NCBI RefSeq assembly: GCF_019464535.1
Contig: NZ_CP080507.1
Span: forward strand, 420,001 to 452,000
DNA length: 32,000 nucleotides
DNA from: Horticoccus luteus
GTDB lineage: Bacteria > Verrucomicrobiota > Verrucomicrobiia > Opitutales > Opitutaceae
Reading direction: 5' to 3'
In this document: in pieces, positions 8,702 through 16,156 of the stretch
How positions within the stretch are numbered: position 1 is the first letter of the stretch
Layout of the letters: each line of letters opens with the position of its first letter
Translations under genes and position numbers: made by a program
Notes under the pieces: generated by a model
The model's database searches: none
Seen by the model: only the letters and a program-made list of their open reading frames with translations
Told to the model about the DNA's origin: nothing

Positions 8702-9694
8702 ATGAACAAAGCGCAACAGACCGCCCGCGTCGGGCTATTCTTCCTCCTCGGCATCGCCCTCATTTGGGTGACGTTCGAGACGCTCAGCGGCGGCAAGGCA
8801 TGGAAAGACAAAGGCTACAACCTCATCGCGGGCTTTGAGAACCTGCGGGAACTCAAGGTGGGCGACGAAGTGCGTATGGCCGGCGTGAAGATCGGCTCCG
8901 TGGAGAAGACCCGCCTCGCGCATCGCCGCGCCGAGGCGGTCCTGCGCATCCAGCCCAATGTGAAAGTGGCCTCCGACGCGGTGGCGACCATCACGATGGC
9001 GGGGCTGATCGGCACCAACTACATCAGCATCGACCTGGGTTCGCCCAACGCCGCGCCGCTCGCCCCGGGTGCGGAGATTGCCACCAAAACGACGCCGGAC
9101 TTGAACACAGTGATGAGCCAGATCGGCGATCTCGGGAAGAAACTGGAAGGCGCGCTGGGTTCGTTTGGGCAGGCGATGAACGGCGACGGCAAAGGCGGCG
9201 GGCTCTTCCAAAAGCTCGATCGGCTCGTCACGGAGAACAATGACAAGATCGGTGCGACGCTCACGAATTTGCAGGAGATCACGGGCAAGATCAACCGGGG
9301 CGACGGCACGCTCGGCCGCCTCGTGAACGATCCCACGCTGCATGACCAACTGGTGGCCACGCTGGGCGAAATCAAAGGCGCGGCGGATCAGGCCAAGACG
9401 TTTGTGGCGAATGCGCAGGAGATCGTGGATCAAGTGAAAGCGGGCAAGGGCACGCTGGGTGCGCTCGTTTACGACGACACCACCGGCGACAACATCAAGG
9501 TGATCACGAAGAATCTGCGCGATGTCTCCGACAAGCTCGCGCACGGCCAGGGCACGCTCGGGAAGTTGATCAACGACGACACGCTTTACAGCGACGCCCG
9601 TGGCACGCTCAAGAAGGCCGATCGCGCACTCGATGGGTTGAACGATTCCGGACCGATCAGTGCCGTGGGTGTGCTGGCGAACGCGTTGTTCTAA
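8702..9694 (+). CDS. mlaD: MCE-domain substrate-binding protein (MlaD family) with an extended C-terminal region
   Basis: 330 aa. It has an N-terminal TM anchor (ARVGLFFLLGIALIWV) and an MCE domain (GFENLRELKVGDEVRMAGVKIGSVEKT...). The C-terminal extension contains three G-x-G-T-L-G-x-L-[VI]-x-D repeats. It starts 3 nt after the mlaF stop. Confidence 0.85.
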   Translation: MNKAQQTARVGLFFLLGIALIWVTFETLSGGKAWKDKGYNLIAGFENLRELKVGDEVRMAGVKIGSVEKTRLAHRRAEAVLRIQPNVKVASDAVATITMAGLIGTNYISIDLGSPNAAPLAPGAEIATKTTPDLNTVMSQIGDLGKKLEGALGSFGQAMNGDGKGGGLFQKLDRLVTENNDKIGATLTNLQEITGKINRGDGTLGRLVNDPTLHDQLVATLGEIKGAADQAKTFVANAQEIVDQVKAGKGTLGALVYDDTTGDNIKVITKNLRDVSDKLAHGQGTLGKLINDDTLYSDARGTLKKADRALDGLNDSGPISAVGVLANALF

Positions 9695-9944
9695 GCCAAG
9701 CGCAACGCAAAACCGGGAACGCGCCGGGCGTCGCATGTGTGCGATTGCCCGGCAGCGGGAAGCGTGCACTGCGCGAGGTCGTCAGCTTGGCGGTGCCTGT
9801 AGGCTGGCGCGGGCTCTGACTCGCTCGGGATCGCGCGCGAAATTCGCGGGTGTAAGCCGTCGTCGCGTTCCTCGGCCGGCACGGCGACGCAGAGTGGCGG
9901 TGCGCCGGCGCTCATCCTTATGGGGTAAGCCGGAGGTGGGCCCG

Positions 9945-9973
9945 TTGACGGTGATGCCACTGACGCGTTTAAT
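9945..9973 (+). promoter_or_regulatory. Candidate sigma70-type promoter for the acyl-CoA dehydrogenase gene
   Basis: TTGACG (9945-9950), a 17-nt spacer, then TTTAAT (9968-9973), about 40 nt upstream of the ATG at 10012. Motif match only. Confidence 0.35.
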
Positions 9974-10011
9974 CGCGGTCAAACCCCTGCGGCGTCCGTT
10001 CGCCGTTCACC

Positions 10012-11910
10012 ATGCCTGCTCCCGTTGCCCAGCCCCCTTCCGTGTCCGAGGAATCGTCGGTCATCGACATGTCAAAGATGAACGCGGGCCAGCGCGCGGC
10101 GCTGGAACTGGCGGAGGCGGCGCGGGAGGCGCACGACCAGGGGAGTTTTGTGGCGGATATGTTCATGGGGCGGTGGAGTCCGCAAAAAATTTGCCCGCTG
10201 ACCGGCGGCGACCCCGCAGAGGAGGGCCGAGCGGAAACGTTTCTCGCGCGGCTGGGGGACTTTTTGCGCACGCAGGTTGATCCTGACTTGATCGACCGCA
10301 CCGGAGAGATCCCGCCTGCGGTGCTGGGCGGGCTGGCCGAACTCGGCGCGTATGGGATCAAAATTCCGCGGGAATACGGCGGGCTGGGGCTTTCGCAGAC
10401 GACCTATTGCAGGGCGTGCACATTGATCGGTTCCCACTGCGGGAGCCTGTTCGCCCACCTGTCGGTGCACCAATCCGTGGGCGTGCCGCAACCGCTGATG
10501 CTGTTCGGCACGGAGGAGCAAAAGCGGGCGTTTCTGCCGCGCGTGGCACGCGGGGAGATTTCGGCGTTTGCGCTGACGGAAAAGGCGGTGGGATCCGATC
10601 CGGCGCGCATGACGACCCGCGCGGAGCCGACGGCCGAGGGGGAACACTTTTTGATCAACGGCGAGAAGCTCTGGTGCTCCAACGGGACGCGCGCGGGCTT
10701 GTTGATCGTGGCGTGCAAAACGCCGGCGAAAAAAGTTGGCGGGCGGGCCCGGGAGCAAATCACGACGTTCATCGTCGAAGCGCAGGCGGCCGGTGTGGAC
10801 GTGATGCACCGCTGCCAGTTCATGGGACTGCGCGCGCTCTATAACGGCGTGATCCGTTTCACGAACGTGAAGGTGCCGCGCGGCAACATTCTTGGCGGCG
10901 AAGGGCGCGGGTTGAAGGTGGCGTTGACGACGCTCAATTCGGGCCGGCTCTCGATTCCGGCGGCGAGCCTTGGGGCGACCAAGCGCGCCCTCGGCATCGC
11001 GCGGGAATGGAGCGCCGAACGCGTGCAGTGGGGCGCCCCTATCGGGGAACACGCGGCGATCGCGGAGAAAATCCGGCGGATCGCGGCGAATGCGTTCGCG
11101 ATGGAGGCGATCATCGCGGTGACGTCGCGCGCGGTGGATCGGGACAAGCGCGCCGACATCCGGCTCGAGGCGGCGATGTGCAAAATGTGGGGCACGGAGA
11201 AAGCATGGGCCGCCATCGATGATCTCATGCAGATTCGCGGCGGCCGCGGTTACGAGACGGTCACGTCGCTGAAGGCGCGGGGCGAGAAGCCGTATCCGGT
11301 GGAGCGCATGATGCGGGACAATCGCGTGAGTTTGATCTTCGAAGGCTCGTCGGAAATTTTGCGGTTGTTCATCATGCGCGAGGCGCTGGATCCGCATTTG
11401 AAAATTGCGGGGGTGGCCTTGAACACCGAGCGCTCGCGGAAGGAGCGGGTGAAGAGCGCGCTGCACGCGGCGGCGTTTTATGCGTGGTGGTATCCGCGGC
11501 AGTGGCTGCCCTTTGGGGTGCGGGCGCCGGCGAAGATGCGACCCGAACTGGCGAGGCACTTTACGCACTCCGCCCGCTTGAGCCGGCGGATGGCGCGCAC
11601 GTTGTTTCATCAGATGGTGAAGTTTGGGCCGAAGCTGGAGAAGCAGCAGGTGCTGCTCGCCCGCATCGCGGATATCGGGGCGGATATTTTCGCGGTGACC
11701 GCCTCGTGTGTGCAGGCGCAGCGGCTGATCGACGGCGGACAGGCGGCGGATCTGATTTGCCGCGTGGTGAACGATGTCGCCGCGCAGGCGTGGGCGCGGG
11801 TGGAGACGAATTTCCGCGGTATTGGGTCCAACACGGATGCCGCAGGCTACACGTTCGCGCAGGAAGTGCTGCACGGCGAGCACCGCTGGCTGGAGCGGGG
11901 AATCGTGTGA
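10012..11910 (+). CDS. Acyl-CoA dehydrogenase, long VLCAD/ACAD9-like type with a C-terminal extension
   Basis: 632 aa with ACAD motifs: PREYGGLGLS, FALTEKAVGSDPARMTT, INGEKLWCSNG, GRLSIPAASLG, QIRGGRGY and LIFEGSSEILR. About 180 extra C-terminal residues match the pattern of very-long-chain-type enzymes. An alternative start is the ATG at 10069 (MSKMNAGQ...). Confidence 0.85.
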   Translation: MPAPVAQPPSVSEESSVIDMSKMNAGQRAALELAEAAREAHDQGSFVADMFMGRWSPQKICPLTGGDPAEEGRAETFLARLGDFLRTQVDPDLIDRTGEIPPAVLGGLAELGAYGIKIPREYGGLGLSQTTYCRACTLIGSHCGSLFAHLSVHQSVGVPQPLMLFGTEEQKRAFLPRVARGEISAFALTEKAVGSDPARMTTRAEPTAEGEHFLINGEKLWCSNGTRAGLLIVACKTPAKKVGGRAREQITTFIVEAQAAGVDVMHRCQFMGLRALYNGVIRFTNVKVPRGNILGGEGRGLKVALTTLNSGRLSIPAASLGATKRALGIAREWSAERVQWGAPIGEHAAIAEKIRRIAANAFAMEAIIAVTSRAVDRDKRADIRLEAAMCKMWGTEKAWAAIDDLMQIRGGRGYETVTSLKARGEKPYPVERMMRDNRVSLIFEGSSEILRLFIMREALDPHLKIAGVALNTERSRKERVKSALHAAAFYAWWYPRQWLPFGVRAPAKMRPELARHFTHSARLSRRMARTLFHQMVKFGPKLEKQQVLLARIADIGADIFAVTASCVQAQRLIDGGQAADLICRVVNDVAAQAWARVETNFRGIGSNTDAAGYTFAQEVLHGEHRWLERGIV

Positions 11911-12059
11911 AGCGCCGCAGGTTGGGCGTGGCGGCTGCGGGGTGAATGATTAATTGGCCGGCGCGGAATGAGCGGTGAAACGTGCTGAGGCCGCGGGGCG
12001 GGCGGGCGAAAATTGCGCGTCAGCCTTGTCGCAGGGCGGCAAAACCGCACGATGCGCGC

Positions 12060-12902
12060 GTGCTTTTTCTTAACCCTCGGTTCGCAGGATGTGCTCTGTG
12101 GATAGCTGGCGTCGTGACCGGTGGCGGTCGGGCGGTTGCGGCTCATCCGCCGTCCAACAATGTGTTGGCGGAGGCGTGGGTCGACATGGCGGACAATCGC
12201 GCCAAGGACGCGTTCATTTTGCTCAAGGCGAAACCGCCGGCCGGCGATCGGGAGCGCGAGCTGGCGCGGGCGACCGCCATGATCGACAACCAGCCGGTGA
12301 CGGATGGGCAGTTGCAGCAGGCGGAGGCGGTTTTTGTGCGCCTGGCGGGTGGCGACGATGAGGCGGCGCAAATCGCCGCGTATTTGCGGGCGCGGCTTTA
12401 CCACGTGCATTTTTCGACGTCGGACCTGGCTCGCGCGAGTGAGCTTTACCGTGCGGTGGCGGCGCGCTGGCCGGACGGTCATTGGGGGCAACTGGCCCTC
12501 GTGAAGGCGGGGCTGATCCAACTCTACGCGACGGAGAAAATCCCGGACGCGCGGGCCCGGGTGCGGGAGGTGGCGAAGCTGCTGGAGCGCATCCGGGAGC
12601 CGGGCTTGCGGCGGGATTTGCAGTTTCAGATGGGGAGGGCTGGAACGTTTTTCGAGCTCACGCCGGATGAAGTGCTCCCGTATTTCGAGGCGGCCGACAA
12701 GATCGGCGGGCTGGGGGTGTTGACGCAGCAGGATCTCACGGCGGAGCTGGGCGAGTTGTCGTTCCGCGCGAAACGTTGGACGGAGGCACGGCGGTATTTT
12801 GAACGCTATATCGCGCAGTATCCGGATGCGCGGAAATTTGCCGTGGAGCAGAAATTGCGCGTGATCGACGCGCAGTTGGCGGCCGGAAAGGAGGCGCGAT
12901 GA
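12060..12902 (+). CDS. Hypothetical exported helical (TPR-like?) protein
   Basis: Track ORF 11982..12902. The first ~26 residues are Arg-rich and look spurious. An in-frame GTG at 12060 gives a hydrophobic N-terminus (LFLNPRFAGCALWIAGVV...AVAA). The rest is Ala/Leu/Arg/Glu-rich helical sequence. Its stop overlaps the next gene's start (ATGA at 12899-12902). Function unknown and start uncertain. Confidence 0.5.
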   Translation: MLFLNPRFAGCALWIAGVVTGGGRAVAAHPPSNNVLAEAWVDMADNRAKDAFILLKAKPPAGDRERELARATAMIDNQPVTDGQLQQAEAVFVRLAGGDDEAAQIAAYLRARLYHVHFSTSDLARASELYRAVAARWPDGHWGQLALVKAGLIQLYATEKIPDARARVREVAKLLERIREPGLRRDLQFQMGRAGTFFELTPDEVLPYFEAADKIGGLGVLTQQDLTAELGELSFRAKRWTEARRYFERYIAQYPDARKFAVEQKLRVIDAQLAAGKEAR

Positions 12903-14503
12903 AACGCGTGCTCAAAGAGTGGGGCGGTTTGATTCTGCTGCTGGTCGGCTTTCTGGCCAGCGCGGCCTGGGTCTTTTTCCGGTCGGGGCCGCTGGGAAGC
13001 GATCGGCCGATCGTGATCCGGATCGCGCATTGGCAGATTGAGAAAGGACCGCCGGCCGGGATCGATGCGATGATCAAGCGCTACGAGGAACTGAATCCGC
13101 GGGTGCGCGTGGAGCAGGTGATGATTCCCGGCACGATCTTCATTCAGTGGGCGCGTTCGAATTTCACCGCCGGCGAGGGGCCGGATCTCGTGGAATACGG
13201 CATTTGGTTGCAAGGGATGTCCGACATCCCGCCGCGCTACTTCGCGCCGATCACGGAGGAGCTGATGAAGCCGAATCCTTATAATCGCGGGACGCCGCTG
13301 GAAGGCGTGCCGTGGATCAAGACGTTTCTGCCCGGCTTCGAGGCGCAACTGGCGACGGCGCCCGATCCTGGACAGTATTACGCGGTGCCGATCACGGATG
13401 TATCGTTCCGGATTTTCGTCAATCGGGCCTTGTTCAAGGAAGTGTTTGGCGACATGCCGCTGCCGACCACCTTTCAGGATTTGCGCGATCTGAGTGCGCG
13501 CTTGCAGAAGGACCCGCGCCGGCGTGCCGGCTCGCTGCATCTGTTTGCGGGCTCTCGCGACAACGCCTACTGGCTGATGGAGTCGCTGCTGCAGAGCACG
13601 ATGGTGCAGCAGAGCTACGCGATGGACCGGGACGGCCTGTTGACGCTTTATCCGCGGCAGACATTCGGCGCGTATCTGGAGGGGCGGTGGCGTTACGATG
13701 AGCCCCGCATGCTCGCGGGGCTCGAGTTGGTGCGCGAGATGGGTGGGTTCATGCGGCCGGGGTTTCTCCAGCTCACGCGCGATCAGGCGCTGCAAGAATT
13801 CATGCGCGGCGATGCGGTGTTCATCGGCGGAGGCACGTGGGATGCCACGAGCTTCAAGACCCTCGCGACGTTTCCCATTGGTGTTTTCCGGCTGCCGCAG
13901 CCGACAAAATCCGATCCGGTGGCCGGCAAGTATTCGATGGGACGCGTTTACGATGGCGGCGGGGTGGGCGCGATGGCGTTTTACCTGAATCGCTACAGTC
14001 ACCACCGGGAACAAGCACTGGATTTCATGCGGTTCATGACGAGCGTGCCCGGAGCGCAGTTGTTCACGGATGCGAGTGGCTGGCTGCCGATGGTGCGCGA
14101 TGTAAAAATCGCGCCGGACATCGCACCGTTTCAGGCGCAATACGACGGTTATGCGAACGGGGGCGCCTACTCGATCCTCGGCACCGATGTGCCGCAGGCG
14201 TTTTTGCGCAACATGCATCTGATCTACACGGGGCCGGACGGGCCGGAGCGCTTTGCGAAGGCGATGGACGCGACAATGCCTGCGGCGATGAGAGCGGATT
14301 TGGAAGCGGAGCGGCGCAAGAGCGAGGCAGTGGTGCGTCCGCAGGATGTGCGTATCGTGGGGAGCCATTTCGCTGCGCTGGAGAGCGGCGATCCGCAACG
14401 CTACAAAGTGCTGCAGGAGCAGTTGGAAACCACGCAGGCGGATGGCGAAGCAGCGATGTTGCAGATGCAGGTGCAGTTGCGCGCCGCGCCGCGGCAGCCA
14501 TGA
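12899..14503 (+). CDS. Extracellular solute-binding protein (ABC-type, family 1-like), membrane-anchored, orphan
   Basis: 534 aa with a strong SD (AAGGAGG, 4 nt upstream). It has an N-terminal TM anchor (WGGLILLLVGFLASAAWVFF). The SBP-like layout includes IRIAHWQ...AMIKRYEELNPRVRVEQV..., GEGPDLVE and FRIFVNRALF. A charged, probably helical tail spans about 70 aa at the C-terminus. No permease or ATPase gene is adjacent. Confidence 0.6.
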   Translation: MKRVLKEWGGLILLLVGFLASAAWVFFRSGPLGSDRPIVIRIAHWQIEKGPPAGIDAMIKRYEELNPRVRVEQVMIPGTIFIQWARSNFTAGEGPDLVEYGIWLQGMSDIPPRYFAPITEELMKPNPYNRGTPLEGVPWIKTFLPGFEAQLATAPDPGQYYAVPITDVSFRIFVNRALFKEVFGDMPLPTTFQDLRDLSARLQKDPRRRAGSLHLFAGSRDNAYWLMESLLQSTMVQQSYAMDRDGLLTLYPRQTFGAYLEGRWRYDEPRMLAGLELVREMGGFMRPGFLQLTRDQALQEFMRGDAVFIGGGTWDATSFKTLATFPIGVFRLPQPTKSDPVAGKYSMGRVYDGGGVGAMAFYLNRYSHHREQALDFMRFMTSVPGAQLFTDASGWLPMVRDVKIAPDIAPFQAQYDGYANGGAYSILGTDVPQAFLRNMHLIYTGPDGPERFAKAMDATMPAAMRADLEAERRKSEAVVRPQDVRIVGSHFAALESGDPQRYKVLQEQLETTQADGEAAMLQMQVQLRAAPRQP

Positions 14504-14585
14504 CCGACGCCGGGGGCTTGGTGACGAAGGGATGCCGCGGGAGGTCGGAGCCGCGGGGCGGAGCGGTCTCGCGGTCGCGGGCCGC

Positions 14586-14999
14586 TCACGCCGGCCAATA
14601 GGCGTTGACCACGGGCCAGTCGGCGGCGGCGAGGTCGAGGAGGCGAATTTCTGACGAGGTGACCCAGCGCAAGGCGGCGTGTTCGCGCGGGTGCGGCGCG
14701 GGACTGCCGGCCGCAAGCTGGCAGACGAACGGGATCATCTCGATTTGGTGGGAAGCGTAGTCGTGCGTGAACGTGGGCAGGGCGCGGCCGACCAGGATCG
14801 TGGCGCCGAGTTCTTCCTGAATCTCTCGCGCAATGGCGGCGGCAGGCGATTCGCCGGGCTCCACTTTACCGCCGGGAAATTCCCATTTCAGACCGAGGTG
14901 CTTGTGCGCGGGGCGTTGCGCCACGAGCACGTGGCCGGAGGCAGCGACGATGAGGGCACAGACAACGGGAATGGCGGGAGGAGGCGGCGCGGAAGACAC
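14586..14999 (-). CDS. mutT: Nudix hydrolase, MutT-like (8-oxo-dGTP diphosphatase family)
   Basis: Complete Nudix box GGKVEPGESPAAAIAREIQEELG, preceded by VVCALIV...VAQRP...LKWEFPGG as in MutT. The track ORF begins at a TTG (15047). I prefer the in-frame GTG at 14999, but the start is uncertain. Confidence 0.75.
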   Translation of the reverse strand: MSSAPPPPAIPVVCALIVAASGHVLVAQRPAHKHLGLKWEFPGGKVEPGESPAAAIAREIQEELGATILVGRALPTFTHDYASHQIEMIPFVCQLAAGSPAPHPREHAALRWVTSSEIRLLDLAAADWPVVNAYWPA

Positions 15000-15076
15000 G
15001 GGAAGAGCGGGAAGAGAATCGATGCGGGAAGGGCGAGCGGGCTGCAACTTTTCGCGGCGCGGCGGGTTATGCAGAT

Positions 15077-15334
15077 ATGAAAACCTTCCTGAAGATCCTG
15101 CTCCTTCTGGTCCTCGTGATCGTGGCCGTGAAGCTTTTGCCCGCGGCGTTGGTGCTGATCGTTTTGCTGGCCGGCGGGGTGGTGCTGGCGGGCTGCGTGG
15201 GGATCGCGATCGGGTTCGCGCTGCTGTGCGCGACCGTGGTGCTGGCGGCGGTGCTCGCGCCGCTGTGGCTGCCGGTCGTCGTGATCATGGGGATCATCGC
15301 GCTGGTGCGGCGGACGTCGGCGAAAGCGGCGTGA
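15077..15334 (+). CDS. Small hydrophobic membrane protein (85 aa, about 3 TM segments)
   Basis: ATG start. The sequence is almost entirely Leu/Val/Ala/Ile/Gly (MKTFLKILLLLVLVIVAVKLLPAALVLIVLLAGGVVLAGCVGIAIGFALLCATVVLAAVLAPLWLPVVVIMGIIALVRR). The composition is not shadow-ORF-like. No family recognised. Confidence 0.5.
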   Translation: MKTFLKILLLLVLVIVAVKLLPAALVLIVLLAGGVVLAGCVGIAIGFALLCATVVLAAVLAPLWLPVVVIMGIIALVRRTSAKAA

Positions 15335-15388
15335 GGACGGGGACAGTTTCAGATTGGCGGCGGCGGCGCGGGCGATTTGCTCGCTGTG

Positions 15389-16084
15389 ATGTCCGCCGCC
15401 CTGCCGTCTTCGATCGTTGCCGAAATCGAGTTTGTCGGGCGCACGGGCGGGCTGGTGAAGGCGTTGAGTGGTTTTAAGAAAAGCCACCACACGGTGCCGG
15501 ATGCGATCACGCCGGCGACGCAGGCGTTTCTGGGGAAACTTTGCGCGGAGGAGCTGACGGAGGCGGGCGAGGCGTTGTTTCAAGCGGTGCGCAGCGGGCT
15601 GAATTACAAGCGCAAGGACGTGTCGCTGAGCTTGAGCTCGCCGGGCGCGGTGCTGACGGCGAAGGATTTTTCCGTGGAACTGGCGTATGCGTTGGAGGCG
15701 GGCGATCCGGCGCGCTACACGCTGACGCAGTGGCTGCGTGAGTTGCGCAATGCGGAGCTCGCGGAAACGGAGGAGTTCGCCGCGATCTTTGCGGGGAAGT
15801 TCAGCGAGATTTCTTTCGCGTTGAAAAAAGGCGTCCGTGTCGAGGCGGTGATCGATATCATCGAGGCGTTGGACGATGAGGCGGGGATGAGCGTCACGTA
15901 TCCGTCGGACTGTGCGGAGTGCGTGATTGCGGTGGCAGGCGTGGATGCGCAGGTGCGCTGCACGGGCGCATCGCTCGATGTCGTTTTCACGCGCGGGGGA
16001 TCGCCGCGGGAGTTGATCGCGGGGTTCGCCGCGGTGCGGGATGCGTTCAGCATCAGCCGCGAGTTGGCGGGGCTGATCGGGTAA
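15389..16084 (+). CDS. Hypothetical soluble protein (about 232 aa)
   Basis: Track ORF 15377..16084, with candidate starts TTG 15377, GTG 15386 and ATG 15389. The composition is balanced and acidic (…ELTEAGEALFQAVRSGLNYKRKDVSLSL…VEAVIDIIEALDDEAGMSVTYPSDC…). It is co-oriented 42-54 nt downstream of the small membrane protein. No motif recognised. Confidence 0.55.
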   Translation: MSAALPSSIVAEIEFVGRTGGLVKALSGFKKSHHTVPDAITPATQAFLGKLCAEELTEAGEALFQAVRSGLNYKRKDVSLSLSSPGAVLTAKDFSVELAYALEAGDPARYTLTQWLRELRNAELAETEEFAAIFAGKFSEISFALKKGVRVEAVIDIIEALDDEAGMSVTYPSDCAECVIAVAGVDAQVRCTGASLDVVFTRGGSPRELIAGFAAVRDAFSISRELAGLIG

Positions 16085-16156
16085 CGGGTGCGAGGGCGAG
16101 CCCGGATGGGGCGGCCGAAGCGCTGACGCCGGGCGCTGCAGCGGCGCCGGGAAGCG

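Noticed and set aside
9695-10011. 317-nt GC-rich gap between mlaD and the ACAD gene as a possible riboswitch, SRP RNA or 6S RNA
   Set aside because: I found no conserved core motifs (no SRP GGAA/AGCA loop context, no recognisable riboswitch cores) and no long stable helix. Only a promoter-like TTGACG-N17-TTTAAT could be supported.
10072-11883. 603-aa minus-strand ORF
   Set aside because: It is an antisense shadow of the acyl-CoA dehydrogenase gene with extreme Arg/Pro/His content.
12806-14716. 636-aa minus-strand ORF
   Set aside because: It is an antisense shadow of the solute-binding protein gene, with Arg/Pro/His-rich junk composition.
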